Shown: positions 9,190 to 16,521 of the stretch, piece after piece
How positions within the stretch are numbered: position 1 is the stretch's first letter
How the letters are laid out: every line of letters starts with the position of its first letter
Assembly: GCA_022573485.1 (NCBI GenBank)
Contig: JACZTW010000002.1
Coordinates: forward strand, 1-37,531
Source: Planctomycetota bacterium
Lineage (GTDB): Bacteria; Planctomycetota; Phycisphaerae; UBA1845; CAIVHJ01
DNA length: 37,531 nt
Direction of reading: 5' to 3'
Notes under the pieces: model-generated
What the model saw: only the letters and a program-made list of their open reading frames with translations
Told to the model about the DNA's origin: nothing
The model's database searches: none
Made by a program: the position numbers and the translations under genes

Positions 9190-9717
9190 TTGAACACCTA
9201 TGAAGCTATGTTTCTATTTGACCCCGCAGCCGGTTCGAGCCTGGAGTCTGTGCAGGCCGAGGTCGATCGCTTGATGACCCGGGCGGAAGCAGAGGTCATC
9301 GTGACCCGGCGGCTTGAAGAGCGCCGGCTCGCGTACGAAATCGACGGCCGAAAGCGCGGTCTGTATGTGCTGACGTACTTCCGAGCGGAAGGGCCTAAGA
9401 TCGGCCCGCTGGAACGCGACGTTCGTCTCTCCGAGTCGATTCTGCGGGCGCTGATCCTCCGGGCAGACCACGTCACGGAGGAAGTGATGCACAACGTGAC
9501 GCTCGGCGGCATGGCCCTCGACAAACCGCCGGCCAAAGAGTCAGAGTCTGACGAGCCGGCCGGCGATGCGTCCGCAGAGCCAACCAAGGATGCAGAGGCG
9601 GCCACAGACGCGGAGCCAACCAAAGACGCGGAACCGGCCAAGGACGCGGAGCCCGAGAAGCCCGAACTGGTCGGCAGCAGCGCCGAGCCGAACGAAGAGA
9701 GCGAATCCGAAGCGTAA
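9190..9717 (+). CDS. rpsF: 30S ribosomal protein S6 with repetitive acidic C-terminal extension
   Basis: TTG start 7 nt after GGAGG (9178-9182). MNTYEAMFLFDP...RRLAYEI...GLYVLTYF is S6-like. The tail has three 18-bp (6-aa, DAEPxK) units at 9607-9660. Confidence 0.9.
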   Translation: MNTYEAMFLFDPAAGSSLESVQAEVDRLMTRAEAEVIVTRRLEERRLAYEIDGRKRGLYVLTYFRAEGPKIGPLERDVRLSESILRALILRADHVTEEVMHNVTLGGMALDKPPAKESESDEPAGDASAEPTKDAEAATDAEPTKDAEPAKDAEPEKPELVGSSAEPNEESESEA

Positions 9718-9761
9718 TTGGGAACACAGATCAGCAAGTGTAACTCAAGCGAGGTGCGGCA

Positions 9762-10295
9762 ATGGCCAACTTTAACAAAGTGATTCTGGCAGGGAACTTG
9801 ACGCGCGACCCCCAACTGTCCTACCTGCCGAGCAATACGCCGGTGGCTGAGTTTGGGCTGGCCATCAATCGGAAATGGAAAGGCCAAAATGGCGAGATGC
9901 GCGAGGAAACGTGCTTCGTCGAATGTAGCTGCTACGGCAAACAGGCTGAAACGCTCAACCAGTACATGAGCAAGGGCAGACCGCTGCTGGTGGAAGGCCG
10001 GTTGCAGTTTCAACAGTGGACCGCCAAGGACGGAACAAAACGGAGCAAACTCAAAGTTGTGGTCGAGCAGTTCCAGTTTCTCGGAGGCGGTGGAGGTGGA
10101 GGCCGGCGTCCAGAGGATTCTCCGGCGCGGGAGGGGCAATCCTACCCCGCTCCCGAATCGGCAGCGCCCGCCCCGGCAGCGCCGCCCCCGGCAGCGCCCG
10201 CCCCGGCAGCGCCGCCCCCGGCAGAACCCGCTCCGGCAGCGGACTTCCAGGAATCCGGACCGCCGGCGCCGGCCGACAGCGAGATTCCGTTTTAG
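9762..10295 (+). CDS. ssb: single-stranded DNA-binding protein
   Basis: OB-fold N-terminus MANFNKVILAGNLTRDPQLSYLPSNTPVAEFGLAINRKW, a Gly/Pro/Ala-rich linker, and the C-terminal acidic tip DSEIPF. Confidence 0.95.
   Translation: MANFNKVILAGNLTRDPQLSYLPSNTPVAEFGLAINRKWKGQNGEMREETCFVECSCYGKQAETLNQYMSKGRPLLVEGRLQFQQWTAKDGTKRSKLKVVVEQFQFLGGGGGGGRRPEDSPAREGQSYPAPESAAPAPAAPPPAAPAPAAPPPAEPAPAADFQESGPPAPADSEIPF
10161..10220 (+). repeat. perfect in-frame 30-bp tandem duplication inside the ssb linker
   Basis: GCAGCGCCCGCCCCGGCAGCGCCGCCCCCG occurs at 10161-10190 and again, identical, at 10191-10220. A degenerate third unit begins at 10221. It encodes AAPAPAAPPP twice. Confidence 0.95.
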
Positions 10296-10313
10296 GCTCT
10301 GTCTGAAAACACC

Positions 10314-10375
10314 CAAGGAGCCGCAGACTTTAGTCTGCGCGAGGCTTCGCGCAGGTTAAAACCTGCGGCTCCTTG
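10314..10375. repeat. compound REP-like palindromic element directly downstream of ssb
   Basis: Outer 13-bp stem CAAGGAGCCGCAG (10314-10326) / CTGCGGCTCCTTG (10363-10375) encloses an inner perfect hairpin CTGCGCGA-GGCT-TCGCGCAG (10335-10354). A related copy lies in opposite orientation at 23048-23087. Confidence 0.85.
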
Positions 10376-10427
10376 AAAGAATTCGAGTTTTGAGACGGAA
10401 TGTGTTCAGCGCTGTTGCATCGCGTGG

Positions 10428-10655
10428 ACATAAGCCCCGTAGGGGCCTAATGAAAATAGCCCAGTCCCGGCGCGCCGGGGCTGGGATGATGAGCACCATT
10501 AAACCTGTGAGTCCTGTAGGGACGACTGAAGCGAAGTCGTCAAAGGTCTTTGGAATCAAGAGCCTCAGCCGTCCCTACGGGACTGAATCCTGGTCCTGGA
10601 CCCGGAACCCAGCGATAAATCGCTGGGCTATTTTCGGATGTCCCTACGGGACGAC
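10428..10655. repeat. cluster of short structured repeats (GTCCCTACGGGAC-type hairpins and AAAATAGCCCAG units)
   Basis: GCCCCGTAGGGGC (10434-10446), GTCCTGTAGGGAC (10511-10523), GTCCCTACGGGAC (10571-10583 and 10640-10652). AAAATAGCCCAG (10453-10464) is inverted as CTGGGCTATTTT (10623-10634). Hairpins CCCAGTCCCGGCG/CGCCGGGGCTGGG (10460-10485) and CCCAGCGA-TAAA-TCGCTGGG (10608-10627). Two full units of about 50-60 bp lie in opposite orientation (10428-10487 and 10606-10655). Confidence 0.8.
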
Positions 10656-10969
10656 CAGAAGCTAAACAGATACGTGAGCCGTGTGCCGGAAGCTCGGAGC
10701 ACGGCCAACACGGTAGTGGCGAACAGCACGCGGCAGAATTCCGGCGATGTGACTTTTTGATCGCTGGTTTGGTCAGTTGAATGTGATTTGCACGACATCT
10801 TTCGGCCCGCAGCGACATTAGCGTCGTCCTGCGGATCGAGGCGTCAGACAGTTGAAGATTTGCCAACGAAAAATCTCTCCGGCGAATAAGGGTTTCGTGC
10901 AGACAGGCGTTTGAAGTTTGTTATGATGAAATCCCCACCGCCCGAACAAGACGAGCGAGGTCAACGACA

Positions 10970-11506
10970 ATGAAACTTATTCTCAAGACAGACGTCAAAC
11001 ATCTCGGTTACGTCGGCGACGTGGTCGAAGTGAAGGACGGATACGCCCGCAACTGCCTGCTGCCGCAGAATCTCGCCCTGGTCCCGACGGACAGCAACGT
11101 CAAGGCTGTTGCGGCAGCGCGGGCCAAGGCCGCCGAGCAACGCCGCCTGCGCGAGGAAGAGCGCAAAGCCGCCGCCGAGCGCCTGGCCGGCACCGAGATC
11201 ACCATTCGGGCGGCTGCCAACGCCGAAGGCGTACTCTACGGTTCAGTCGGCCCGCGTGAAGTGGCAGCCGCCCTGCGCCAGGAAGGCCACACCGTCGAGA
11301 CAGAGCAGGTCGATCTGCACGAACCGATTCGCCATTTGGACAACCTCGTCGTGCCGGTGCGCTTTGCCGAAGACATGACGGTCGAGGTCAAGGTGTGGGT
11401 CGTCCGCGAAGCCGGCTCGGATCAAATCGACGGCGACGAAGACCCAGGGCAAGACTCGGAGACCCACAACGATGAGCACGATGGCGGCGCCACTGCGGAA
11501 AGCTGA
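10970..11506 (+). CDS. rplI: 50S ribosomal protein L9 with acidic C-terminal tail
   Basis: MKLILKTDVKHLGYVGDVVEVKDGYARNCLLPQNLA is the canonical L9 N-terminal domain. It is followed by the long connecting helix and a C-terminal domain. Confidence 0.93.
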   Translation: MKLILKTDVKHLGYVGDVVEVKDGYARNCLLPQNLALVPTDSNVKAVAAARAKAAEQRRLREEERKAAAERLAGTEITIRAAANAEGVLYGSVGPREVAAALRQEGHTVETEQVDLHEPIRHLDNLVVPVRFAEDMTVEVKVWVVREAGSDQIDGDEDPGQDSETHNDEHDGGATAES

Positions 11507-12914
11507 TCCGCCCCCGACAGATCGAGTCCCGCCGCACGATCTCGATGCGGAGATGAGCCTGCTGGGGTCCATGATGCTCAGCCGAGAGGCCATCGGCGCC
11601 ATTCTGCCGATCATCCCCGCCCACGACGCCCAGCGGTTCTACCAGCCGGCCCATCAGGAATTGTTCACGGTCCTGTGCGATCTCTACGACCAAAACAAGC
11701 CGATCGATCTCGTCGTGGCCAAGGACGAACTGCTGCGCCGAAACGGAATGGAGAAGGTCGGCGGCGAAGCCTACATGATCGACCTGGTGCAGAGCGTCGG
11801 CTCGTGGGTCAACGCCGAACACTACGCCCGCATCGTGCGCGACAAGAGCATGCTGCGCGACTTGATCAGTTGCGCCGGGCACATCATCAACAACGCCTAC
11901 GACAGTGCGGACGACGCCCGCGACGTGCTGGATCGGGCCGAACAGTCGTTGCTCAAGACGACCGAACAGCGGGTCAGCGGGGAGGCCGTCTCGCTCAAGG
12001 AAACGATCGCGCATGTCTTTCGTTTGATTGAAAAACGGGAAGAACATTTCCTGAACGGGCTGCCCAGCGGATTCATCGAACTCGACGAACTGACTTCGGG
12101 CTTTCAGCCCGGCGAGTTGATCATCATTGCCGCCCGGCCGAGCATCGGGAAGACCGCCTTCGGGCTCAACATCGCGGAACGAATGGCGGTCGATGAGAAG
12201 ATGCCGGTTGCGTTCTTTTCGATGGAAATGAGTCGCCAGCAAATTGCACAACGGATCCTATGCGCTCGGGGCCGCCTGGACTCGCACAAGGTGCGCCGGG
12301 GCATGATCAGCGAAGAGGAAATCGCCCAACTCACCTACGTCTGTGAGGAACTCGAACAGGCGCCCCTGCTCATTGACGATACGCCCGGAATGAGCGTACA
12401 AGAATTGCGCGCTAAGACTCGGCGCCTACACCTCAAGCACGACATTCGCTGCGTCTTTGTCGACTACCTGCAACTAATGTACGCGCCCAATGTGAATCGC
12501 AACACGTCGAATCGCCAAGAGGAAATCGCCGCCATCAGCCGCGGCCTGAAAGCGCTGGCCCGGGAACTGAGCATCCCCGTGGTAGCCATGGCCCAGCTCA
12601 ACCGAGGTTCCGAAGGCCGCGAAGGGAACCGCCCCCGGATGGGCGACCTGCGCGAATCCGGGGCGATCGAGCAGGATGCCGACGTGGTCATGCTCCTCCA
12701 CCGCGAGGAGTACCACCTGATTCAGCTGGGGAAAGATATTCCAGACAAGCTGAGAGGTCTTGCCGAGGTGGTCCTTGCCAAGCAGCGCAACGGTCCAACC
12801 GCCATCGTGAAACTCCATTTCAACGTGCAGCAGACTCGATTCGACAACCTGTCGATGGCGCCCGAACCCTACGCGGGCGTAACGTCGCCGGCCGACGACA
12901 ACATTGGATTCTGA
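11472..12914 (+). CDS. dnaB: replicative DNA helicase DnaB
   Basis: PPHDLDAEMSLLGSMMLSREAIG (DnaB N-terminal domain), Walker A ARPSIGKTAFGLNIA, FSMEMS and DYLQLM RecA-like motifs. 480 aa, so no intein. Overlaps the rplI 3' end by 35 nt; the alternative in-frame ATG at 11481 cannot be excluded. Confidence 0.95.
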   Translation: MSTMAAPLRKADPPPTDRVPPHDLDAEMSLLGSMMLSREAIGAILPIIPAHDAQRFYQPAHQELFTVLCDLYDQNKPIDLVVAKDELLRRNGMEKVGGEAYMIDLVQSVGSWVNAEHYARIVRDKSMLRDLISCAGHIINNAYDSADDARDVLDRAEQSLLKTTEQRVSGEAVSLKETIAHVFRLIEKREEHFLNGLPSGFIELDELTSGFQPGELIIIAARPSIGKTAFGLNIAERMAVDEKMPVAFFSMEMSRQQIAQRILCARGRLDSHKVRRGMISEEEIAQLTYVCEELEQAPLLIDDTPGMSVQELRAKTRRLHLKHDIRCVFVDYLQLMYAPNVNRNTSNRQEEIAAISRGLKALARELSIPVVAMAQLNRGSEGREGNRPRMGDLRESGAIEQDADVVMLLHREEYHLIQLGKDIPDKLRGLAEVVLAKQRNGPTAIVKLHFNVQQTRFDNLSMAPEPYAGVTSPADDNIGF

Positions 12915-13105
12915 CGGGTCGCTCCGTACGACTTTGCCCCATACCTCAAATTAGTGGTTCACTCTGCTCTGTCATGATCCCGGCACCAAGATTCGCCGCA
13001 AAGATGTCATCGCCGACGACGGTTTGGGAGCCCTGGGTGGCCTGGGAGTCCCACGAGGCCTCTTTTGTACAGAGGAGCTTTGCAGAAAAGAAATTAGGGA
13101 ACATC

Positions 13106-13132
13106 TTGCCCTGTTCAGGCATATAGTATAAT
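13106..13132 (+). promoter_or_regulatory. putative sigma70-like promoter of the two-gene cassette (possibly giving a leaderless mRNA)
   Basis: TTGCCC (13106-13111), 15 nt spacer, TATAAT (13127-13132). The ORF1 ATG at 13139 lies only 6 nt downstream of the -10 box and has no Shine-Dalgarno sequence. Confidence 0.3.
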
Positions 13133-13138
13133 GAGCCG

Positions 13139-13375
13139 ATGTATGAGAATCTTCGGTTTAAGGGCAGATCCGCCGAACAGATGGAACGGTTTGGCCTAAC
13201 AGAAGAAATCGTTCGGGAAGTGCTTTTGGGATACCCAAAGCAACCGGACGAGATGGTTCCGGATCTGTTTTGTTGTGTTGGTCCTATGCATAGGGACATG
13301 ACAATCAGTGTTCGGTTTGCGGAAGCGGAGGATGGAACGGACATTTTGCGTGTGGTTGTGTTGGAGCGAATGTGA
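13139..13375 (+). CDS. small protein, DUF4258-like putative toxin (family assignment from memory)
   Basis: 78 aa: MYENLRFKGRSAEQMERFGLTEEIVREVLLGYPKQPDEMVPDLFCCVGPMHRDMTISVRFAEAEDGTDILRVVVLERM. The pattern (x-A-x-x-R/Q-M-x-E-R-G-I/L-x-x-E-E-I/V...VL..G, then hydrophobic beta strands ending in TVY/VLE) resembles DUF4258. The stop overlaps the next start (TGATG). Confidence 0.6.
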   Translation: MYENLRFKGRSAEQMERFGLTEEIVREVLLGYPKQPDEMVPDLFCCVGPMHRDMTISVRFAEAEDGTDILRVVVLERM

Positions 13376-13794
13376 TGGGTGCGATTACTCCAAAATCTTT
13401 TGTGAGTGAAGTGGGCGATGACCTGGTTTGTTACGACCTGGAGTTCGGCAGCGGGGAAGTTGCGAATATTGGGTACGAGTTTCATCACACATCCGGGCTA
13501 TCTCTAACCATTGACGTGGATACAAGTGGGGATCCTCTAGCGATGACTCTCATTCACAAGAAGGGAATAGTGACGCACAAGGAGGCTCCTGACTACACGA
13601 GCTTCGTTACTGCGGCAGAGGGTGCCTACGCCTTTGCCAAGCTCATGATTGCGTTCGCTGAGGCACAAAAGCAGCTCTTGGAACGAAGAATTTCTGCTGA
13701 AGAACAGGAGCAGTTTCAGCGATCTTTGCAAGACCGGCTATTCAAGATGGTGCGTCGGGCTGAGAGCTATGGTTCTCAACAGCGCGCAGCTTAG
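13375..13794 (+). CDS. hypothetical protein, putative cognate antitoxin/partner (beta-rich N-terminal half, helical C-terminal half)
   Basis: 139 aa from ATG 13375 (the track ORF starts at GTG 13372). Translationally coupled to the upstream ORF. N-terminal ~75 aa (...LSLTIDVDTSGDPLAMTLIHKKG...) is reminiscent of DUF2283 partners. C-terminal ~65 aa is a predicted coiled or helical segment (AEAQKQLLERRISAEEQEQFQRSLQDRLFKM). Confidence 0.55.
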   Translation: MGAITPKSFVSEVGDDLVCYDLEFGSGEVANIGYEFHHTSGLSLTIDVDTSGDPLAMTLIHKKGIVTHKEAPDYTSFVTAAEGAYAFAKLMIAFAEAQKQLLERRISAEEQEQFQRSLQDRLFKMVRRAESYGSQQRAA

Positions 13795-13821
13795 ACAAAC
13801 TTTTGAGCAGAGTTCCTTTGC

Positions 13822-13850
13822 AAGGAGCAGCATCAGCTGCTCCTTTTTTA
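13822..13850 (+). terminator. intrinsic terminator of the two-gene cassette
   Basis: Perfect 10-bp stem AAGGAGCAGC (13822-13831) / GCTGCTCCTT (13836-13845), loop ATCA, followed by TTTTA. Confidence 0.8.
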
Positions 13851-13969
13851 GTGGCCGCTAGAGGGCAAATAGTTATGCTTCCTCCAACCCAACCACTTGC
13901 CATCCCTATATAGTAGCCCTTTCCGGGATAACCGCACAAAGTGAACCACTATCCTATCTCATCGAGCCT

Positions 13970-13997
13970 TTGACTTTGAACGTCTGCTCTATAGAAT
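13970..13997 (+). promoter_or_regulatory. putative sigma70-like promoter for the bamA-skp-lpx operon
   Basis: TTGACT (13970-13975), 16 nt spacer, TAGAAT (13992-13997). It lies just outside the right inverted repeat of the cassette and about 135 nt upstream of the bamA ATG. Promoter consensus for this lineage is unknown. Confidence 0.3.
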
Positions 13998-14132
13998 GCG
14001 GGCGTTGTTTGGCGTGGTCGATGGCTGTCCGGGAACTTTCCTCTGCGGGCTCATTGACGGATCCGAGATCTATAAAGTCGGACGGAGTTGCGCTCCGGGC
14101 CGCCCAATCTCTGTGACGAACAGCCCATTGTA

Positions 14133-16469
14133 ATGGTCAAGGTAGCCTGCACCATACTCATGGCGGTCGGGATAATGGGGATCGTGAGCCCTGCGTCTTC
14201 GCCTGCGCAGGCGCCGCCCGGCGGCGAAGAGCGTTCGCTGATCCAGCAGATCACATTCCAGGGTCTGGTCAATATCAGCGAGACGTATTGCCGCAACAAA
14301 ATGGTCAGCGCCGCCGGCCAACCCTTCTCGCAAACAGTTCTCGATGAAGACCTGCGCCGGTTGCGACGGACCGGGAAATTTCTGGTGGTCCGCGCGGAAA
14401 CATCCACCGCACAAGACACAACTACCATTGCGATTCATATCCAAGAGTACCCGCTCATTGCCTCGGTCGAGTTCGTCGGCAATACGAAATTCTCCGACAA
14501 AAATCTCTCGAAAGACCTGACGCCGGCGCCCGGCGATCCGCTCAATGTGTTCCGCGCCCGCCAAGCCGCCCTGGACATCGAACAGCGCTACAAAGACGCC
14601 GGCTACGCCGACGTGCGCGTACAGCTCGATCAAGAGCGCATGCGCGATGAGCAGCGCCTGATCTTCGTCATTGAGGAAGGCCCGCGAGTGCGGATCAGGA
14701 AGATCATCTTCGAGGGTAATTTCGCTTTGTCGAAGCGCGAACTTCGCAGTCATATCACGATCCAGACTTACCTCCCTCTGTTTCGGACGGGCGATTTCAA
14801 CCCGGACGCAGCCGAGCGCGATGCTGCGGTGCTGCAGAAACATTATCGCGATCAGGGATTCCTCGACGCCCGTGTCGGCTATCGAACGGAAGCGCGGGAC
14901 GTGGTCGGCGATTTGAACGTCGTCTTCCTGATCGAGGAAGGGGCGCGTTACACGATCAGCGAGATTCGCTTCCAGGGCAACACAGCCGTGTCGCACGACG
15001 AACTTCAGACCGCGATCCGCCTGCGCGCCGGAGAGATCATGCGGCAGGACCTGCTCACCAAGGACGTCGAGACAACCAAGCGGCAATTCGGTGAGCGGGG
15101 TTATCTGTACGCGACGGTCCGTGCGACCCGGGCGTATACGGAGGTGGCGGGTGAGGTTGTGCTGACCTTCACGATCGAGGAGGGCGAGCCTTACACCGTG
15201 GGCCGGATTCAACTCCGAGGCAATCAGCAAACCCGCGACAAGGTCGTTCGCCGCGAACTGCAATTCTTTCCTGACGAGTTGTTCGACACGACCAAGATCG
15301 CGGACAGCGAGAAAAACATTCGCGGGACCGGCATTTTTCAGTCCGCGCGGATTACGCCGGTCGGGGATGAACGCGGCGTGCGCGACGTGATCGTCGACGT
15401 GGTTGAGAATGAAGACACCACCCGCTTCATGATCGGCGGCGGGGTGGGCAGCAACAGCGGCATCGCAGGGTCCGTGTCGTTCGAGTCGCGTAACTTCGAC
15501 CTTTTCGATTGGCCCCGGAGCTGGGGCGAATTCTGGCGAGGCCGAGCGTTCCGGGGCGCGGGGCAGTACTTCCGCGCCGAGCTGTCGCCCGGGACCGAAA
15601 TCTCCAGCTTCCGGATCGACTTCCGCGAGCCCTACCTCATGGATCGGCCGCTGCGCTTCGGTTCGAGTCTTTACTTGTTTCAGCGAGGCCGGATCGAGTA
15701 TGACGAACAGCGGGTCGGTACGGTTCTGAGCCTGGGCAAGCCGATCGAGGAGGGGCTTTTCAAAGGCTGGTCCGGCGAGTTGTCGTTCCGTGCGGAAGAC
15801 GTCGGCATCGACGATTTGGGACCGTTTCCGGCGCGCGATATTCTCGACGCCGAAGGCCACAGCTTGATCCTGTCGTTCCAGGGACGGCTGGTGCGCAACC
15901 GCACCGACCAGCGCTTCTCTCCGACGAAAGGCGACCTGTTGTCGCTGTCGTATGAGCAGGTTTTCGGCAACTACACGTTCGCCAAGCTGCAAGCCAGGTA
16001 TCGCTGGTACAAAACTCTGAAGGTCGATGATTTGGATCGTGCGTCGGTCTTCGGCTTCAAGGCGGATGTGGGTTACATCGTCGGCAATGCGCCGGTCTTC
16101 GAGCGGTTCTACGCCGGCGGACTGGGATCGTTGCGCGGGTTTGATTTCCGCGGCGTCACGCCGCGCGACGGCCCGTTCTTTGACGACGACCAGCGCATCG
16201 GCGGGCAATTCAAATTCCTGACCGGGGCCGAGTATTCCTTTCCAATGTTCGCCAAAGCCGTGCGGGGCGTGGTTTTCACCGATATGGGCACGGTCGAGGA
16301 GGATCTCGAGCTGACATCCTGGCGCGCTTCGGTAGGTTTTGGCGTGCGCATCTTGATCGAGAACTACTTCGGGCCGATCCCGCTGGAGTTCAATTTGGCC
16401 TTCCCAATCGCCCAGGATACCAACGACGACACTCAGGCATTCAGTTTCGCCATCGGGCTTACTTTCTGA
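14133..16469 (+). CDS. bamA: outer membrane protein assembly factor BamA (Omp85 family, five POTRA domains plus beta-barrel)
   Basis: Signal peptide MVKVACTILMAVGIMGIVSPASSPAQA (start moved to ATG 14133). Repeated POTRA signatures: ITFQGLVNISE, VEFVGNTKFSDKNL, IIFEGNFALSKREL, IRFQGNTAVSHDEL, IQLRGNQQTRDKVVRREL. C-terminal barrel with RGF and YAGG motifs, ending in ...FAIGLTF. Confidence 0.93.
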   Translation: MVKVACTILMAVGIMGIVSPASSPAQAPPGGEERSLIQQITFQGLVNISETYCRNKMVSAAGQPFSQTVLDEDLRRLRRTGKFLVVRAETSTAQDTTTIAIHIQEYPLIASVEFVGNTKFSDKNLSKDLTPAPGDPLNVFRARQAALDIEQRYKDAGYADVRVQLDQERMRDEQRLIFVIEEGPRVRIRKIIFEGNFALSKRELRSHITIQTYLPLFRTGDFNPDAAERDAAVLQKHYRDQGFLDARVGYRTEARDVVGDLNVVFLIEEGARYTISEIRFQGNTAVSHDELQTAIRLRAGEIMRQDLLTKDVETTKRQFGERGYLYATVRATRAYTEVAGEVVLTFTIEEGEPYTVGRIQLRGNQQTRDKVVRRELQFFPDELFDTTKIADSEKNIRGTGIFQSARITPVGDERGVRDVIVDVVENEDTTRFMIGGGVGSNSGIAGSVSFESRNFDLFDWPRSWGEFWRGRAFRGAGQYFRAELSPGTEISSFRIDFREPYLMDRPLRFGSSLYLFQRGRIEYDEQRVGTVLSLGKPIEEGLFKGWSGELSFRAEDVGIDDLGPFPARDILDAEGHSLILSFQGRLVRNRTDQRFSPTKGDLLSLSYEQVFGNYTFAKLQARYRWYKTLKVDDLDRASVFGFKADVGYIVGNAPVFERFYAGGLGSLRGFDFRGVTPRDGPFFDDDQRIGGQFKFLTGAEYSFPMFAKAVRGVVFTDMGTVEEDLELTSWRASVGFGVRILIENYFGPIPLEFNLAFPIAQDTNDDTQAFSFAIGLTF

Positions 16470-16521
16470 TCCACTTTCCGGTATCATTCGCCTGTTAAAT
16501 ACTCAAATTAGGAGCAGAATC

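Larger units (their letters stand above)
12942..13951. mobile_element. putative inserted cassette: low-GC ~1-kb segment bounded by a perfect 12-bp inverted repeat
   Basis: TAGTGGTTCACT at 12942-12953 and its exact reverse complement AGTGAACCACTA at 13940-13951. GC content between them drops visibly. The segment carries its own promoter-like box, two coupled ORFs and a terminator. No transposase or integrase and no clear target-site duplication, so mobility is inferred only. Confidence 0.35.

Noticed and set aside
9198-10316. 372-aa minus-strand ORF spanning rpsF and ssb
   Set aside because: It runs antisense across two clearly recognisable genes and their intergenic spacer. It is low-complexity and Arg/Ser-rich.
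10390-10665. 91-aa + strand ORF in the ssb-rplI gap, considered as a possible divergent rpsR
   Set aside because: It shows no resemblance to S18. The sequence (…SRPYGTESWSW…NRWAIFGCPYGTTRS) is simply the translation of the hairpin repeats.
12946-13488. 180-aa minus-strand ORF inside the low-GC cassette
   Set aside because: Its translation is Ser/Thr/Arg-rich and not protein-like. It is antisense to the translationally coupled + strand pair, which has family-like sequence, a promoter and a terminator. A shorter 58-aa version (from ATG at 13122) cannot be formally excluded but has no RBS.
14070-16487. 805-aa minus-strand ORF opposite bamA
   Set aside because: It is a shadow ORF. The + frame has five POTRA signatures and a barrel ending in Phe, and the antisense frame has no recognisable features.
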